A DNA stretch of 64,000 nt from an uncultured virus (IMG/VR IMGVR_UViG_3300021404_000010) (IMGVR_UViG_3300021404_000010), one strand, 5' to 3'. Positions 16,011 to 25,550 are shown, numbered from the stretch's first letter. A program made the numbers and translations. The notes: generated by a model not told the origin, from the letters alone.

Positions 16011-16868
16011 ATGACGACGATTACTGACCTGACCACCGAGCAGCTTCTGGCGACATTCAATCGCTGGACGACGAAGCCGGTGAAGAAGTTCGAAACGCGC
16101 AAAATCGGCGAGGCTCGGCTGACCAAGCTGCTGGCCGAACTGGATGGCCTGCCGCTCGAGACCGCGATGGGCGATCAGGCGACGGCGAAGGCCTGGTTCG
16201 CGGCGCAGCCACAGGTCGCCGCGGCGGTTGCCGCGCAGCCCTTCACCGACCCGCAGACTGTCGCGCCAAGCGGGCCTTCCCCGGTCTCGGCCTGGGCCTC
16301 GGGCTTCGGGTCCGCTGCGGCGACGCTGGGCAAGCCCGCCAAGTCGGGCCCCTCTCCGGCGACCCTGGGCGCCCAGGCGGCCAAGGCGGATGACGTCGCG
16401 CGCGAGGCCCTGAAGGCGGCCGGCAAGCCGATACCGAGCGAACTGACCGGCCTTCGGGCCGAACTGCTGAACGATCCGAAGGTCTCCATCGGATCGGCGG
16501 TGCTCGCCGAATTCATGGCGGAGACACAGGAGGACGAGATGGCGAAGAAGGCGACGAAGAAGGGTGGGCGCATCCGCGATCGGTTCGCGCCGCCGAAGCC
16601 GGCCAAGCAGCCGAAGGCGCCGAAGATGGCGGCGTCGGTTCGCGCCGAGGCGCCGGGCGAGGCGGATGCACCGAAGGCGGGCTCGAAGGGCGCCGAGGTG
16701 GTGCGGATGCTCTCGCGCAAGAACGGCGCGACGATCTCCCAGTTGATGGAGGAAACCGGCTGGCTGGCGCACACCACGCGGGCGTATTTCGTGGCGCTGC
16801 GCAAGAAGGGCTATCCGGTCGCCCTGATCGCCAAGGGCACCTATCGGATCGCGCGGGAGGCGGTGTGA
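16011..16868 (+). CDS. DUF3489-domain (winged-helix-like) protein
   Basis: C-terminal SKGAEVVRMLSRKNGATISQLMEETGWLAHTTRA. Confidence 0.8.
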   Translation: MTTITDLTTEQLLATFNRWTTKPVKKFETRKIGEARLTKLLAELDGLPLETAMGDQATAKAWFAAQPQVAAAVAAQPFTDPQTVAPSGPSPVSAWASGFGSAAATLGKPAKSGPSPATLGAQAAKADDVAREALKAAGKPIPSELTGLRAELLNDPKVSIGSAVLAEFMAETQEDEMAKKATKKGGRIRDRFAPPKPAKQPKAPKMAASVRAEAPGEADAPKAGSKGAEVVRMLSRKNGATISQLMEETGWLAHTTRAYFVALRKKGYPVALIAKGTYRIAREAV

Positions 16869-17206
16869 TGGCCGTCCGCGGCGCCATCCTGAGCGTTATC
16901 CTGCTGGGGTGCGGCTGCGCTGCGCCCCAGCAGAGCGCCGTCGCCACGCCGCCGCCGGAGCCGTCCCGTGTGTCCTGTACGTTCCTGTTGTCGCACACGG
17001 ATGACTTCGCCAACGTCGGCGCCCGCATGGCCTACCTGAACATGATGACAGAGAGGTTCGGGTGGCCCCGCTACCCGTTTGACGTCGCCCTGGCGCAGTG
17101 CCGGCCGTTCTTTCCAGACCTCACCGCCAGAGCCGAGCGTGAGGTGGCGAAGAACCCTGCCAACTGCCACACCACCAGCGTGATCAGCTACTCCTGTGAT
17201 CGATAG
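16865..17206 (+). CDS. Putative lipoprotein
   Basis: Hydrophobic N-terminus ending LLGCGC; coupled to the upstream gene. Confidence 0.55.
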   Translation: MMAVRGAILSVILLGCGCAAPQQSAVATPPPEPSRVSCTFLLSHTDDFANVGARMAYLNMMTERFGWPRYPFDVALAQCRPFFPDLTARAEREVAKNPANCHTTSVISYSCDR

Positions 17207-17221
17207 CTCGGGAGTGGTGAC

Positions 17222-17467
17222 GTGCCCAACTATACCGAGCAGGATGAACGCGACGCGAGGGTGGAGATGATGCTCGCTGACACGCAACTGAAGCTCCGGC
17301 AGGCATGGTGGGAGGCCCCGAAGGCTATCGCCACCATGCTTGCCGCCGTCGCCGTGATCGTCGGGCTGGTGGCCGGCCTTGCCGGCTACAAGCTCGGCTC
17401 ACAGCAGCCGCAGTCCCCGACGGTCATCGTGGTCCCGAGCGGCACCACGACCGGCAACCGGCAATGA
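17222..17467 (+). CDS. Small membrane protein
   Basis: GGGAG RBS; one transmembrane stretch. Confidence 0.6.
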   Translation: MPNYTEQDERDARVEMMLADTQLKLRQAWWEAPKAIATMLAAVAVIVGLVAGLAGYKLGSQQPQSPTVIVVPSGTTTGNRQ

Positions 17468-17568
17468 GCCCCGACCTTCCACTGTGGATCGGCAGCGCCA
17501 TCGGCGCGGTGCTCATCGTCGTGCTTTGGATCCGACAGTCGCGGCGACGGAAGCACCCAGCCGAATGA
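17464..17568 (+). CDS. Single-TM microprotein
   Basis: ATGA-coupled; MSPDLPLWIGSAIGAVLIVVLWIRQSRRRK. Confidence 0.5.
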   Translation: MSPDLPLWIGSAIGAVLIVVLWIRQSRRRKHPAE

Positions 17569-17675
17569 TCGAGTTGACTTGGCAGGGCGCTGCCATCCTC
17601 GGTGTCATCGCGGCCGTCGCCTGGATCGCGATCTTATGGACCGAGCGCAAGCCGCCGACCCTACGCGGACCGTAG
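17565..17675 (+). CDS. Single-TM microprotein
   Basis: ATGA-coupled; MIELTWQGAAILGVIAAVAWIAILW. Confidence 0.5.
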   Translation: MIELTWQGAAILGVIAAVAWIAILWTERKPPTLRGP

Positions 17676-18950
17676 CAGCGGTTCCCGTTCGGCGAGGATG
17701 GCGGCGTAGGGCTTCGGCTCTGCGCCGCTTTCGCTTTGCAGCATCGCTGCCTCGCCGGTGAAGTTCTGCCAGCGTTGGATGGCCACATCGACGTAGGCCG
17801 GGTTGACCTCCAGCGCGATACAGCAGCGCCCGGTCATCTCGGCGGCGATGATCGTCGTGCCGGAGCCGACGAAGGGATCGTAAACCGCCTGCCCGACGCT
17901 GCTGTTGTTCTCGATCGGGCGCTTCATGCATTCGACCGGCTTCTGCGTCGAGTGCGCCGTGTGCCCGCCGTCCTCCCGCTTGTAGTAGCCGACCTGGGTG
18001 TTGATGTCCCAGACCGTGTCCTGCGAGCGGTCGCCGGCCCAATGTCCGGTCTTGCCCTTGCGGACCGCGTACCAACACGGCTCGTGCCGCCAGTGGTAGT
18101 CGCCGCGCGAGATCATGAAATGCTGCTTCGCCCAGATGATCTGCGAGCGGAGCAGGAGCCCGGCGGCCTCGAGGCTCGCCGCGACCACGCTGGCCTTGAG
18201 ACCGCTGTGCCAGACGTAGGCAACATCGCCGGGGAATAGCATCCAGGCTTCCCGCCAGTCGGCGCGGGTATCGTTATCCACGCGGCCCGGCGCGACGTAG
18301 GCGCCGGTCGTCCAGAGGCCGGGCGTGCGGGTCCGCCATTCCGGATCGTAGTCGACGCCGTAGGGCGGATCGGTGACCAGCAGATGCGGCACGACGCCGC
18401 CCAGGGCGCGCGTGACGGTCGCCGGGTCGGTGCAGTCGCCACACGCCAGGACGTGGCGCCCGAGCCGCCACAGGTCGCCCAGGCGGGCGGCGGGAGCGGC
18501 GGGAGCGTCGGGCGTCTCGTCGGGATCGGTCTGCCCGGCGTTGGGCGCGAGCAGCTTGTCGATCTCGTCGGTGCCGAAGCCGGTGAGCAGCAGATCGAAA
18601 TCCGCCGCGGCCAGTTCCTCCAACTCGGCGCGCAGCATGCCGTCGTCCCATCCGGCGGAGAGCGCCATGCGGTTGTCGGTCAGCACGTAAGCGCGCCGCT
18701 GGATCGGCGTGAGATGCGCAAGCTCGATGGTCGGCACCTCGGTCATGCCGAGCTTGCGGGCGGCGAGCAGCCGGCCGTGCCCGGCGATCATGCCGCGGGC
18801 GCTGTCGATCAGGAGCGGATTGGTGAAGCCGAATTCGCGGATGGAGGCGGCGAGGTCGGCTATCTGGGCGTCGGAGTGGGTGCGCGCATTGCGCGCGTAG
18901 GGGATTAGCTCAGCGACCGGCCGGTAGACGATCTCCAGCCGTGGTTGCAT
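17661..18950 (-). CDS. ParB-like N-terminal domain fused to an N6A/N4C DNA methyltransferase
   Basis: LIPYARNARTHS..IAGHGRLLAA; TDPPY; HSTQKPVE; DPFVGSGTT. Confidence 0.92.
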   Translation of the reverse strand: MQPRLEIVYRPVAELIPYARNARTHSDAQIADLAASIREFGFTNPLLIDSARGMIAGHGRLLAARKLGMTEVPTIELAHLTPIQRRAYVLTDNRMALSAGWDDGMLRAELEELAAADFDLLLTGFGTDEIDKLLAPNAGQTDPDETPDAPAAPAARLGDLWRLGRHVLACGDCTDPATVTRALGGVVPHLLVTDPPYGVDYDPEWRTRTPGLWTTGAYVAPGRVDNDTRADWREAWMLFPGDVAYVWHSGLKASVVAASLEAAGLLLRSQIIWAKQHFMISRGDYHWRHEPCWYAVRKGKTGHWAGDRSQDTVWDINTQVGYYKREDGGHTAHSTQKPVECMKRPIENNSSVGQAVYDPFVGSGTTIIAAEMTGRCCIALEVNPAYVDVAIQRWQNFTGEAAMLQSESGAEPKPYAAILAEREPLLRSA

Positions 18951-19161
18951 GGGCAGGCTCCCGGTCACGGTTGGGTGGCGGGTTTTCCACGAGGGTCACG
19001 ATGCCGCGGAGCCAGTGCGCCACATCGGCGGTGATCGGCGCGGTGCCCTGCGCCATCTTGCGCACGCCGCGCTCGTTGCGGCCGAGCCGACGGGCGAGTT
19101 CGCCCTGCGACCAGCCGAGCCGATCGAGGATCGACCGAAGTTCATCGGTATCCATGTCCAT
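18910..19161 (-). CDS. XRE-type HTH protein
   Basis: ELRSILDRLGWSQGELARRLGRNERGVRKMAQG. Confidence 0.75.
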   Translation of the reverse strand: MDMDTDELRSILDRLGWSQGELARRLGRNERGVRKMAQGTAPITADVAHWLRGIVTLVENPPPNRDREPAHATTAGDRLPAGR

Positions 19162-19225
19162 GCCCGCCGGTATAGCAGGCCGGCGGGAAACCGGCGCAAC
19201 CGATTCCCCGCCCCCCTGCTGGGGA

Positions 19226-20197
19226 TCAGGCCACCAGTTCGAGTAGCTGGTCGCGGAACCGGGTCTTGAGCCGATCGCCGGTGCCCATCAGGGCGTTGGC
19301 GAGGCGGTGCGAGTCGGATTTCGCGCGGCCGCCGTGATCGACCACTTCGGTCAGCCCGTTCAGCAGGCCCCAGGCGGTGCCGGCGAAGCCGGGCGCATCG
19401 GCGCCGGTAGCGAGGCCGCGGAAGAGGTCCATCACCCGCACGAAGGTCTTGCTGTCCTTCTCGGCCGCTTCCTCACCCAGCACCTTCTTGACCTGCTCGC
19501 GCGCCCGATCATCGGTCAGCCGATGGTCGGCGAGCTTACGCATGCTGGTCATGAAGGCTTCGAAGGTGACGGGCGCGACGCCGAGCCGGCGCTTGACCTC
19601 GTCGGCATCCCACTCAGAGCGATGGGCGATCTTGATCTGCCCGGCGCTATCCTTGCTGTCGGAAAGGCTCAATGTGTTTTGACACACAACGCGGACCGAC
19701 GTGAAGCGCGCCTCGGTCGCCCGCAGGCCATCGGCGCTGCTGGTCAGCAGCAGATACGCCTTGATGCGGTCGCGATTGTCGATGATGCAGCTTTCGCCGA
19801 TCTTGGCGAGCGCCCAGAAGCGACGGCCGCCGAACAGCGTGCCGGCGGTATCGAGCGTCAGGCCGACGGTCTGCACCAGGTCGGCGAAGAACTCGATGAC
19901 CTCGGCCGGCTGCAGGATGCAGTAGTCGCCGGAGACGACGCCGAGCGGGGCGATCGTATCGGAGCGGTGCAGCACGTAGCGATCGTCGAAGGTGTGCAGC
20001 GCGCCGTTCGCCTCGAACTGCACCGGCGAGGGTTCCACCGTCCACTCCATGCCGGCGGCCTGAACCCATTCCTCGATGGAGGCGTTGGCGGCGACCTGCT
20101 GCGGCTGGGTCTCGGCGAAGTGCCAAGGGAAATCGGTGCCGGCGCGGAACGCCATCTCGACCTTTCCATCAGCGCGGATTGTAAGCTCGTGAGCCAT
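19226..20197 (-). CDS. DUF932 family phage/plasmid protein
   Basis: PWH, AGMEWTV, TAGTLFGGRRFWALA, TSVRVVCQNTL, GTAWGLLNGLTE. Confidence 0.88.
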   Translation of the reverse strand: MAHELTIRADGKVEMAFRAGTDFPWHFAETQPQQVAANASIEEWVQAAGMEWTVEPSPVQFEANGALHTFDDRYVLHRSDTIAPLGVVSGDYCILQPAEVIEFFADLVQTVGLTLDTAGTLFGGRRFWALAKIGESCIIDNRDRIKAYLLLTSSADGLRATEARFTSVRVVCQNTLSLSDSKDSAGQIKIAHRSEWDADEVKRRLGVAPVTFEAFMTSMRKLADHRLTDDRAREQVKKVLGEEAAEKDSKTFVRVMDLFRGLATGADAPGFAGTAWGLLNGLTEVVDHGGRAKSDSHRLANALMGTGDRLKTRFRDQLLELVA

Positions 20198-20255
20198 GTT
20201 GCGGGTAACTCCCTGCTAGGTATTGCCGGGTAAATGCACCTCGGCGGCAGACGGA

Positions 20256-20286
20256 TACATAGGGCATGACTGGGGCTGCAGCCAGC
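20256..20286 (-). promoter_or_regulatory. GCTGG-N20-YATGT promoter-like element, copy 2
   Basis: Points toward the DUF932 gene. Confidence 0.6.
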
Positions 20287-20315
20287 ATTATTTCCGCCAG
20301 CGAGCCCAATATTAT

Positions 20316-20346
20316 GCTGGACTGTCAGGCACTTGTGGACCATGTG
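20316..20346 (+). promoter_or_regulatory. GCTGG-N20-YATGT promoter-like element, copy 3
   Basis: Divergent from copy 2; upstream of 20398. Confidence 0.6.
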
Positions 20347-20397
20347 AGGGGGGCGGCAAGGACATACCGTCCGGCCGGTAACTCAGGAGCGTATCCG

Positions 20398-20616
20398 ATG
20401 ATCCGCTGCACTCACGTCACTTCCGGGCTCTCAATCACGCTGCCGCGGCACGCGTTCGTCGGCCGCTTCTTTCCGGCCGCTCCGTTCAGCGCAACGCGGA
20501 CCGCTCGCCGTATCCGCGACGCGGCATTCACCCTGGCGCATCTGGATCTCGAAGGCGCCGCGCCATTCGTCTCGCCGGGCGGCTCAGAGTGGGTCGCCGA
20601 GATGGTGGAGGGCTGA
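20398..20616 (+). CDS. Hypothetical protein
   Basis: AGGAG RBS; ATG at 20398. Confidence 0.55.
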   Translation: MIRCTHVTSGLSITLPRHAFVGRFFPAAPFSATRTARRIRDAAFTLAHLDLEGAAPFVSPGGSEWVAEMVEG

Positions 20617-20619
20617 ACG

Positions 20620-20847
20620 ATGGTCCGCATCGAATTCAAAACCCGGCAGTATCAGTTCGCGCATGGCAAGCAGCCGCGCGGCTTCGGCTACTGGGCGTTC
20701 ACCTACGGCGGCGACGAGGGCGAGGCGCTGTTCGCGCCGCACGCGATGTCGCTGACCGATGCGAAGAAGTGGGTGGCTGCGGTCGCCCGCGAACAGGCCG
20801 CGGCCTCCGGCTTCTCCGGCACCCTGGTGATCGAGGTGGGGCCATGA
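20620..20847 (+). CDS. Hypothetical phage protein
   Basis: YQFAHGKQPRGFGYWAF motif; GGAGG RBS. Confidence 0.65.
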   Translation: MVRIEFKTRQYQFAHGKQPRGFGYWAFTYGGDEGEALFAPHAMSLTDAKKWVAAVAREQAAASGFSGTLVIEVGP

Positions 20848-20999
20848 TGCGCGCAGCCATCCTGGCGGCCCTGGCGCTCGCTATCGTCCTTTGGATTGCC
20901 TCGGGCCACGCCGCGAGTGCGGCTCACCACCATGCATGGTTCGGCTTCTGGTTCCTCTTTGACTCGATGCGGGTCGCATGGCGGGGGCCGATCCGATGA
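20844..20999 (+). CDS. Small membrane protein
   Basis: ATGA-coupled; hydrophobic. Confidence 0.45.
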   Translation: MMRAAILAALALAIVLWIASGHAASAAHHHAWFGFWFLFDSMRVAWRGPIR

Positions 21000-21154
21000 C
21001 CGAGGACATGATCGAACGGATTGTGGAATCGCGGACGGACGCGATCGACCGGCGCTACATGGCGCGGTCGATAACCGAAGCGGAGTATCGCGCCGAATTG
21101 GCGGCGCTGGACAAGTGGGCTGAGTGGGAATCCCGCTTCGCTCGGGAGGGCTGA
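20996..21154 (+). CDS. Hypothetical protein
   Basis: ATGA-coupled; MTEDMIERIVESRTDAIDRRYM. Confidence 0.55.
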   Translation: MTEDMIERIVESRTDAIDRRYMARSITEAEYRAELAALDKWAEWESRFAREG

Positions 21155-21157
21155 GCG

Positions 21158-21568
21158 ATGTGGGTCATGCTCAACGACTCGTTCCTCTCGATCGTCGCGC
21201 ATCGGTCGCGGAAAAACCTGCTGCTGGTGCGCGCACGCCAGCGCGCCGACATCGAAGTGGTGTTCCCCCACGCGAAGATCACACGCACGCCGAAGGCCGA
21301 TTACGAGTTCCGCGCCTCCATCACGCGGCGGATGGTCGAGCGCGCGATGGTCGCCGAGGTCCGGCGCATCGATTACTTCAACTTCAAGAGCAGCGTCGCC
21401 GATCAGCGCCGGCACAACGCGTACCTCGACGTGTGGGTGACGATGATGAACTGGGCGAAGCCGCCGACAACCAGGACACCGCTGATGATGCTGCCGTACG
21501 AGGATCCGCGTCCGGATGACGAGGATCTGCAAGCGTGGTTGCCGCCCGGCAGTCAGGGGCTCGGCTGA
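21158..21568 (+). CDS. Hypothetical phage protein
   Basis: MWVMLNDSFLSIV...LLVRAR...ADYEFRA...IDYFNFK. Confidence 0.7.
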   Translation: MWVMLNDSFLSIVAHRSRKNLLLVRARQRADIEVVFPHAKITRTPKADYEFRASITRRMVERAMVAEVRRIDYFNFKSSVADQRRHNAYLDVWVTMMNWAKPPTTRTPLMMLPYEDPRPDDEDLQAWLPPGSQGLG

Positions 21569-21840
21569 TGGCCGTCCTCACACTGAGCGACCCGATCGCC
21601 AAGGCGCTCGAGGAAATGGCGGTCGGGCGGTTCCGATCGACCGGAGAGCGGCATGCCGACGGCATGTGGCGCGTTCCGGTTGACGACGCGGTCAAGGCCC
21701 GGCTCGAGACGCTGCGCCAGACGCCGGAGGAAACCGACGACGATCTCGTCCGGCGACTGCTCACCCATCGGGCCGCCGCTGCATCGGCCGACGGGCAGCA
21801 CCGGCGCGCCGCCCTGGTGCACAAGAAGCTGCTGAACTAG
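21568..21840 (+). CDS. Hypothetical protein
   Basis: TGATG coupling. Confidence 0.55.
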   Translation: MAVLTLSDPIAKALEEMAVGRFRSTGERHADGMWRVPVDDAVKARLETLRQTPEETDDDLVRRLLTHRAAAASADGQHRRAALVHKKLLN

Positions 21841-21848
21841 GAGAACGT

Positions 21849-22187
21849 GTGATGCGACGTGTCATTCTCGAATCGCCGTACGGCTCGGCCGATCCGGCGG
21901 AGATCGCCCGGAATGTCGACTACGCGCGGCGCTGCGTCCGCGACTGCGTGATGCGCGGCGAGAGCCCGATCGCATCCCACCTGCTGTTCACCCAGCCCGG
22001 CATCCTGCGCGACGAGGTGCCGGAGGAGCGCACGCTCGGCATCGAGGCCGGGCTCGCGTGGTGCGCGGTCGCCGACGCCAGCGTGGTCTACACCGACCGC
22101 GGCATCTCGGGCGGTATGCGCCGCGGCATCGATGCGGCCGTCGCGGCCGGTCTGCCGATCGAGTATCGCGGGATCGAGCCGCTGTAA
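21849..22187 (+). CDS. Nucleoside 2-deoxyribosyltransferase-like fold protein
   Basis: VILESPYG..NVDYAR..GESPIASHLLF..VVYTDRGISGGM. Confidence 0.7.
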   Translation: MMRRVILESPYGSADPAEIARNVDYARRCVRDCVMRGESPIASHLLFTQPGILRDEVPEERTLGIEAGLAWCAVADASVVYTDRGISGGMRRGIDAAVAAGLPIEYRGIEPL

Positions 22188-22211
22188 TTCTGCAGTCCAG
22201 CCGCGGATTAA

Positions 22212-22242
22212 GCTGGTAAATCAGCTAGTTGCTGGCTATGTG
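22212..22242 (+). promoter_or_regulatory. GCTGG-N20-YATGT promoter-like element, copy 4
   Basis: 55 bp upstream of 22297. Confidence 0.6.
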
Positions 22243-22296
22243 TGCTTCTGCCAAGGCAATATCGCCGGGCGCATTACTCTCTCAGGGGAATACCCG

Positions 22297-22917
22297 ATGA
22301 ATACCGAGATCACCGCCCTTCAGGCTGCCCTTCCCGCCCTCTCCGCCCGCGATGCCGATTTCGCCAAGTCGCTGCTCTCGCAGCACGCGCGTAAGGGGCT
22401 CTCCGAAAAGCAGATGCACTGGGTGCGCAAGCTCGCCGAGCGCGCGAGCCAGCCGGCGCCCGAGCCGATCGAGGTCGGCGATCTCTCCGGCATCCTCGCG
22501 CTGATGAGCACGGTCACCCTGAAGCGCCCGGCGATGCTGCTCAACGTCGCCGGCGAGACGGTCCGCATCTCCATCGCGGGCCCGGCCAGCCAGTATGTCG
22601 GCCAGGTCATGATCACCGGCGCGGAGTACAACGCGAACGGCCGGCGCCCCTGGCTCGGTCGCATCACGCTCGCGGGCAAGTTCCTGCCGGCGCCACGGCT
22701 CGAGGCGCGGAACGCCATCATGCTCGCCGCGGTGCTGCGCGATTTCGCAGCCGACCCGGCGGGCGTCGCCGCGGCGTACGGTCGCGCCACCGGCGCCTGC
22801 TGCTTCTGCTCGCTCACGCTCACCGACGAGCGCAGCACCGCGGTCGGCTACGGCCCAATTTGCGCGAAGAACTGGCATCTCCCCTGGGGGAAGCCGCTGA
22901 CCTGCGAGGCGGTGTGA
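22297..22917 (+). CDS. DUF6011-like zinc-finger protein
   Basis: YGRATGACCFCSLTLTDERSTAVGYGPICA. Confidence 0.8.
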   Translation: MNTEITALQAALPALSARDADFAKSLLSQHARKGLSEKQMHWVRKLAERASQPAPEPIEVGDLSGILALMSTVTLKRPAMLLNVAGETVRISIAGPASQYVGQVMITGAEYNANGRRPWLGRITLAGKFLPAPRLEARNAIMLAAVLRDFAADPAGVAAAYGRATGACCFCSLTLTDERSTAVGYGPICAKNWHLPWGKPLTCEAV

Positions 22918-23138
22918 TGAACCCGCTGTCAGAACTGGTGGACCTGATCTTCCACCCTCTCTCGTACCTCTACGGCACGGCCCTGATGTGGCTTTGCATC
23001 GGCGGCGTCTGGGCGGTCATCGGCATGGTCCGGCTGATTGCCAGCATCTTCAAGGACGACAGCCGCGTCGAGCAGCGGCGCGTCACGGAAAGCCTGCAGG
23101 AACAACTAGCCCGCAACCGCAGCCGGGGAGGCAAGTGA
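22917..23138 (+). CDS. Small membrane protein
   Basis: Coupled start; one TM segment. Confidence 0.55.
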   Translation: MNPLSELVDLIFHPLSYLYGTALMWLCIGGVWAVIGMVRLIASIFKDDSRVEQRRVTESLQEQLARNRSRGGK

Positions 23139-23139
23139 C

Positions 23140-23553
23140 ATGCCCGTTGTGATTCATCCCGAGAGCCGCAACCCCGCCTGGGGTTTCTACGGCACCATCA
23201 CGCAGAGCCGCGGCGACGCGATCGCCGAGCACGCCTGGATGATGGCGATGCAGCAGATCGTGCGCGCGACACGCTGCGATCCCGATGAGGTCCGCGATTT
23301 CCTCGACAGCCGCTACGGCCGGCACTTCGCCGACGACGTGGTGGGCGGCCTGATAAACGGCCAGATGGTCGACGTCGCGGTCGCCGCGGCGGTCGCCAAG
23401 TGGATGGCCTGGCGGATCAATCGGGTGGCCAGTCGCCAGCACGGCATCCCGCTCGGGCTGCCCTATCTCACCGGCTACGTGGTCGCCGCCTCGTCGGAGG
23501 ATTTCGGCGGCCTCGAGGACCGCGATGCAACCCCGGTCGGAACGCTCCAATGA
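23140..23553 (+). CDS. Hypothetical phage protein
   Basis: WGFYGTI...VRDFLDSRYGRHFADDV; GGAGG RBS. Confidence 0.7.
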   Translation: MPVVIHPESRNPAWGFYGTITQSRGDAIAEHAWMMAMQQIVRATRCDPDEVRDFLDSRYGRHFADDVVGGLINGQMVDVAVAAAVAKWMAWRINRVASRQHGIPLGLPYLTGYVVAASSEDFGGLEDRDATPVGTLQ

Positions 23554-23717
23554 GACGGATTGAGATGCAGCGGCTGATCGAGGCCGAGATCACCAAGGAG
23601 CGGAGGCACATCGGCGTGCATCGGGGCCGGCTGCGCGGGCTGCGCTTCGCCCTCGCGGTGCTGATGCAGAAGCAGCAGCCGGGCCGGCAAGCGCCGAAGC
23701 TAAGGGTCGTCCGATGA
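23550..23717 (+). CDS. Hypothetical protein
   Basis: ATGA-coupled at both ends. Confidence 0.45.
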   Translation: MRRIEMQRLIEAEITKERRHIGVHRGRLRGLRFALAVLMQKQQPGRQAPKLRVVR

Positions 23718-23884
23718 TGCGGGAATGCCCCTGCGGCAGCGGCCTCACGCCGTCAGCCGCGCACGATGCACGAGGCATCTTCCTCACCTTCGTTTGCAAC
23801 CGATGCGAGGAGCGAAAGATGCGGGCGTTCCGCCCGGAGGTTCTAACCGACCCCTGCTACGACGCAGAGGAGCCGATCGACTAA
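23714..23884 (+). CDS. Small zinc-binding protein
   Basis: CPCGSG...DARGIFLTFVCNRC...YDAEEPID. Confidence 0.6.
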   Translation: MMRECPCGSGLTPSAAHDARGIFLTFVCNRCEERKMRAFRPEVLTDPCYDAEEPID

Positions 23885-23928
23885 CCGACGGGTTTTGCCC
23901 GCTCCCGTCGGCGATTGACGACCAGGGC

Positions 23929-23945
23929 TTGCACGTTCACTCACT
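23929..23945 (+). promoter_or_regulatory. 17-bp leader motif TTGCACGTTCACTCACT, copy A
   Basis: Identical to 34891-34907; directly before an AAGGA RBS. Confidence 0.6.
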
Positions 23946-23959
23946 AAGGAGACTTGACT

Positions 23960-24499
23960 ATGCGTAGAGCACTTCTGGCGGCCGTCGCCGCCATCTCTCT
24001 GGCCGGCACTGCCTCGGCCGAAACCTACTCGACCGCCAACTGGTATGACGACGGCGGCTTCTCCGTGAAGCGCGTCACCGCCGACAGCACCGGCTATCGC
24101 TTCTGCGCGATGCAGCGCGGCAACTTCGGCGACAAGATGTTCGTCATCAGCGCCGATGGCACCGCCAAGATCATGATGACGCTGGTGGACGCGAGGCGCA
24201 CCTGGACGCCCGGGCAGGTCCGGCTCTGGGTCGATGGCCGCTCATGGACCGCGGTGGCGACGACCTCCGCGCAATACCCGAACCAGCTTGTCATCACGGC
24301 AACGCCGGGCGTTGGCAGCGAGGCGTTCTTCTCGGCGATGAGCTACGGCCAGATGCTGACCATCCAGGGCCAAGGCGCTCCGGTCCCGTTCAGCTACGAC
24401 GTGGCGCTCACCGGCTCCCAGGCCGCGATGACGTCCCTGGTGCAGTGCGTCGGAACGCTCCGCCGGACGCCGCAGGTCCACCACGAGGTCATCTCGTGA
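23960..24499 (+). CDS. Secreted or periplasmic protein
   Basis: Signal peptide MRRALLAAVAAISLAGTASA/E. Confidence 0.7.
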   Translation: MRRALLAAVAAISLAGTASAETYSTANWYDDGGFSVKRVTADSTGYRFCAMQRGNFGDKMFVISADGTAKIMMTLVDARRTWTPGQVRLWVDGRSWTAVATTSAQYPNQLVITATPGVGSEAFFSAMSYGQMLTIQGQGAPVPFSYDVALTGSQAAMTSLVQCVGTLRRTPQVHHEVIS

Positions 24500-24693
24500 A
24501 CAGCAACACTGCCGATGCGGCCTCACTCGAGGCCGCATTGCGCAGGGCGCTCTGGCAACAGACCGAGAGCCGCAAGCTCCCGCTCAGCATCGACAAGGGC
24601 GTGCCGGCACCCGTTCTGCGGTTTCCGGTGATCTCGCACGAAGAGGTGCTGCGCATCCTCGCCGACAAGCCGACAACGAAGGACCAGTCATGA
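24496..24693 (+). CDS. Hypothetical protein
   Basis: GTGA-coupled. Confidence 0.45.
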   Translation: MNSNTADAASLEAALRRALWQQTESRKLPLSIDKGVPAPVLRFPVISHEEVLRILADKPTTKDQS

Positions 24694-24795
24694 TCAAGGC
24701 ACTGATCGTCATCATCCTAACGCCGCTCGCTCTGTGCATCGGCGTCTACGGCTGCACCATGGCGCACGTCGCCGCCTTAACCCACTGAGGGAACC

Positions 24796-25542
24796 ATGTT
24801 GAAAACCCAGACGCCGCCGCGCGGTGCGTTCGATTACCTGCTGCGCGCGCCGAACCAGGACGAGGGGCCGCAAGCCCCTCCTCCGCCTCCGCCCGAGCGG
24901 GGCCCGCCGCCGCGCGTGCATATCGTGATCGATATCGTTGAGCAGCGCGCGCAAGCGAAGCGCGGCTATCGCATCGGCACGATCAGCATGGCGCTGATCG
25001 GGGCCGCCATCCTGGCGTCGCTGGTCGGCGGCTGTACCTCGGCGCCAGGTACGCCCGGACTGATCACCACCGCGAAGTTCGATTACAACACGATCGTCAA
25101 ATCGGAATATTCGTGGGTGCCCGGCGCGTGCAAGACGTCCGAGCATATGGACAGCGACGGGCGGACGTGGGGCGAGCCGATCATCCATCTGCCGGACGGC
25201 ACGCAGTATCCCAGGCCGTCATTTCAGTGGACCAATGGTGATCCGACCGCGAAGCTGCCGGTATGTGCGGAAGAGACCGCCGAAGCCGCGCGCCGGAATC
25301 ATCTGGCCGAGGTCGCGTTTCGGCAGGACACTGCCAGGTTCACGCACTTCTACAACTCGCAATCACCGGCTATGCAGGCCGAGATGCGACGCCTTGATGC
25401 CCTGCCGATCGAGCCCGGCTACACGACGTTTGATACCGGCGACGGCGTTCTCCGGACATGGTCGAAGGACCAGCGGGCCGGCCACTTCCACGGCTGCGAC
25501 AGCTACCAACTGTCGGGCGTCGTCCAGACCGACTGCTACTGA
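24796..25542 (+). CDS. Membrane-anchored hypothetical protein
   Basis: GAGGG RBS; Pro-rich N-terminus; TM segment ending LVGGC. Confidence 0.6.
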   Translation: MLKTQTPPRGAFDYLLRAPNQDEGPQAPPPPPPERGPPPRVHIVIDIVEQRAQAKRGYRIGTISMALIGAAILASLVGGCTSAPGTPGLITTAKFDYNTIVKSEYSWVPGACKTSEHMDSDGRTWGEPIIHLPDGTQYPRPSFQWTNGDPTAKLPVCAEETAEAARRNHLAEVAFRQDTARFTHFYNSQSPAMQAEMRRLDALPIEPGYTTFDTGDGVLRTWSKDQRAGHFHGCDSYQLSGVVQTDCY

Positions 25543-25550
25543 GACAACCG

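Noticed and set aside
13978..16014. Long antisense ORFs (678 aa here; also 9889..11412, 62295..63866, 46640..48028)
   Set aside because: Shadow frames of GC-rich genes, with Arg/Ala/His-rich composition and no motifs.
17661..18950. ParB domain as evidence for a partition system
   Set aside because: It is the ParB-like N-terminus commonly fused to phage methyltransferases, and no ParA is adjacent.
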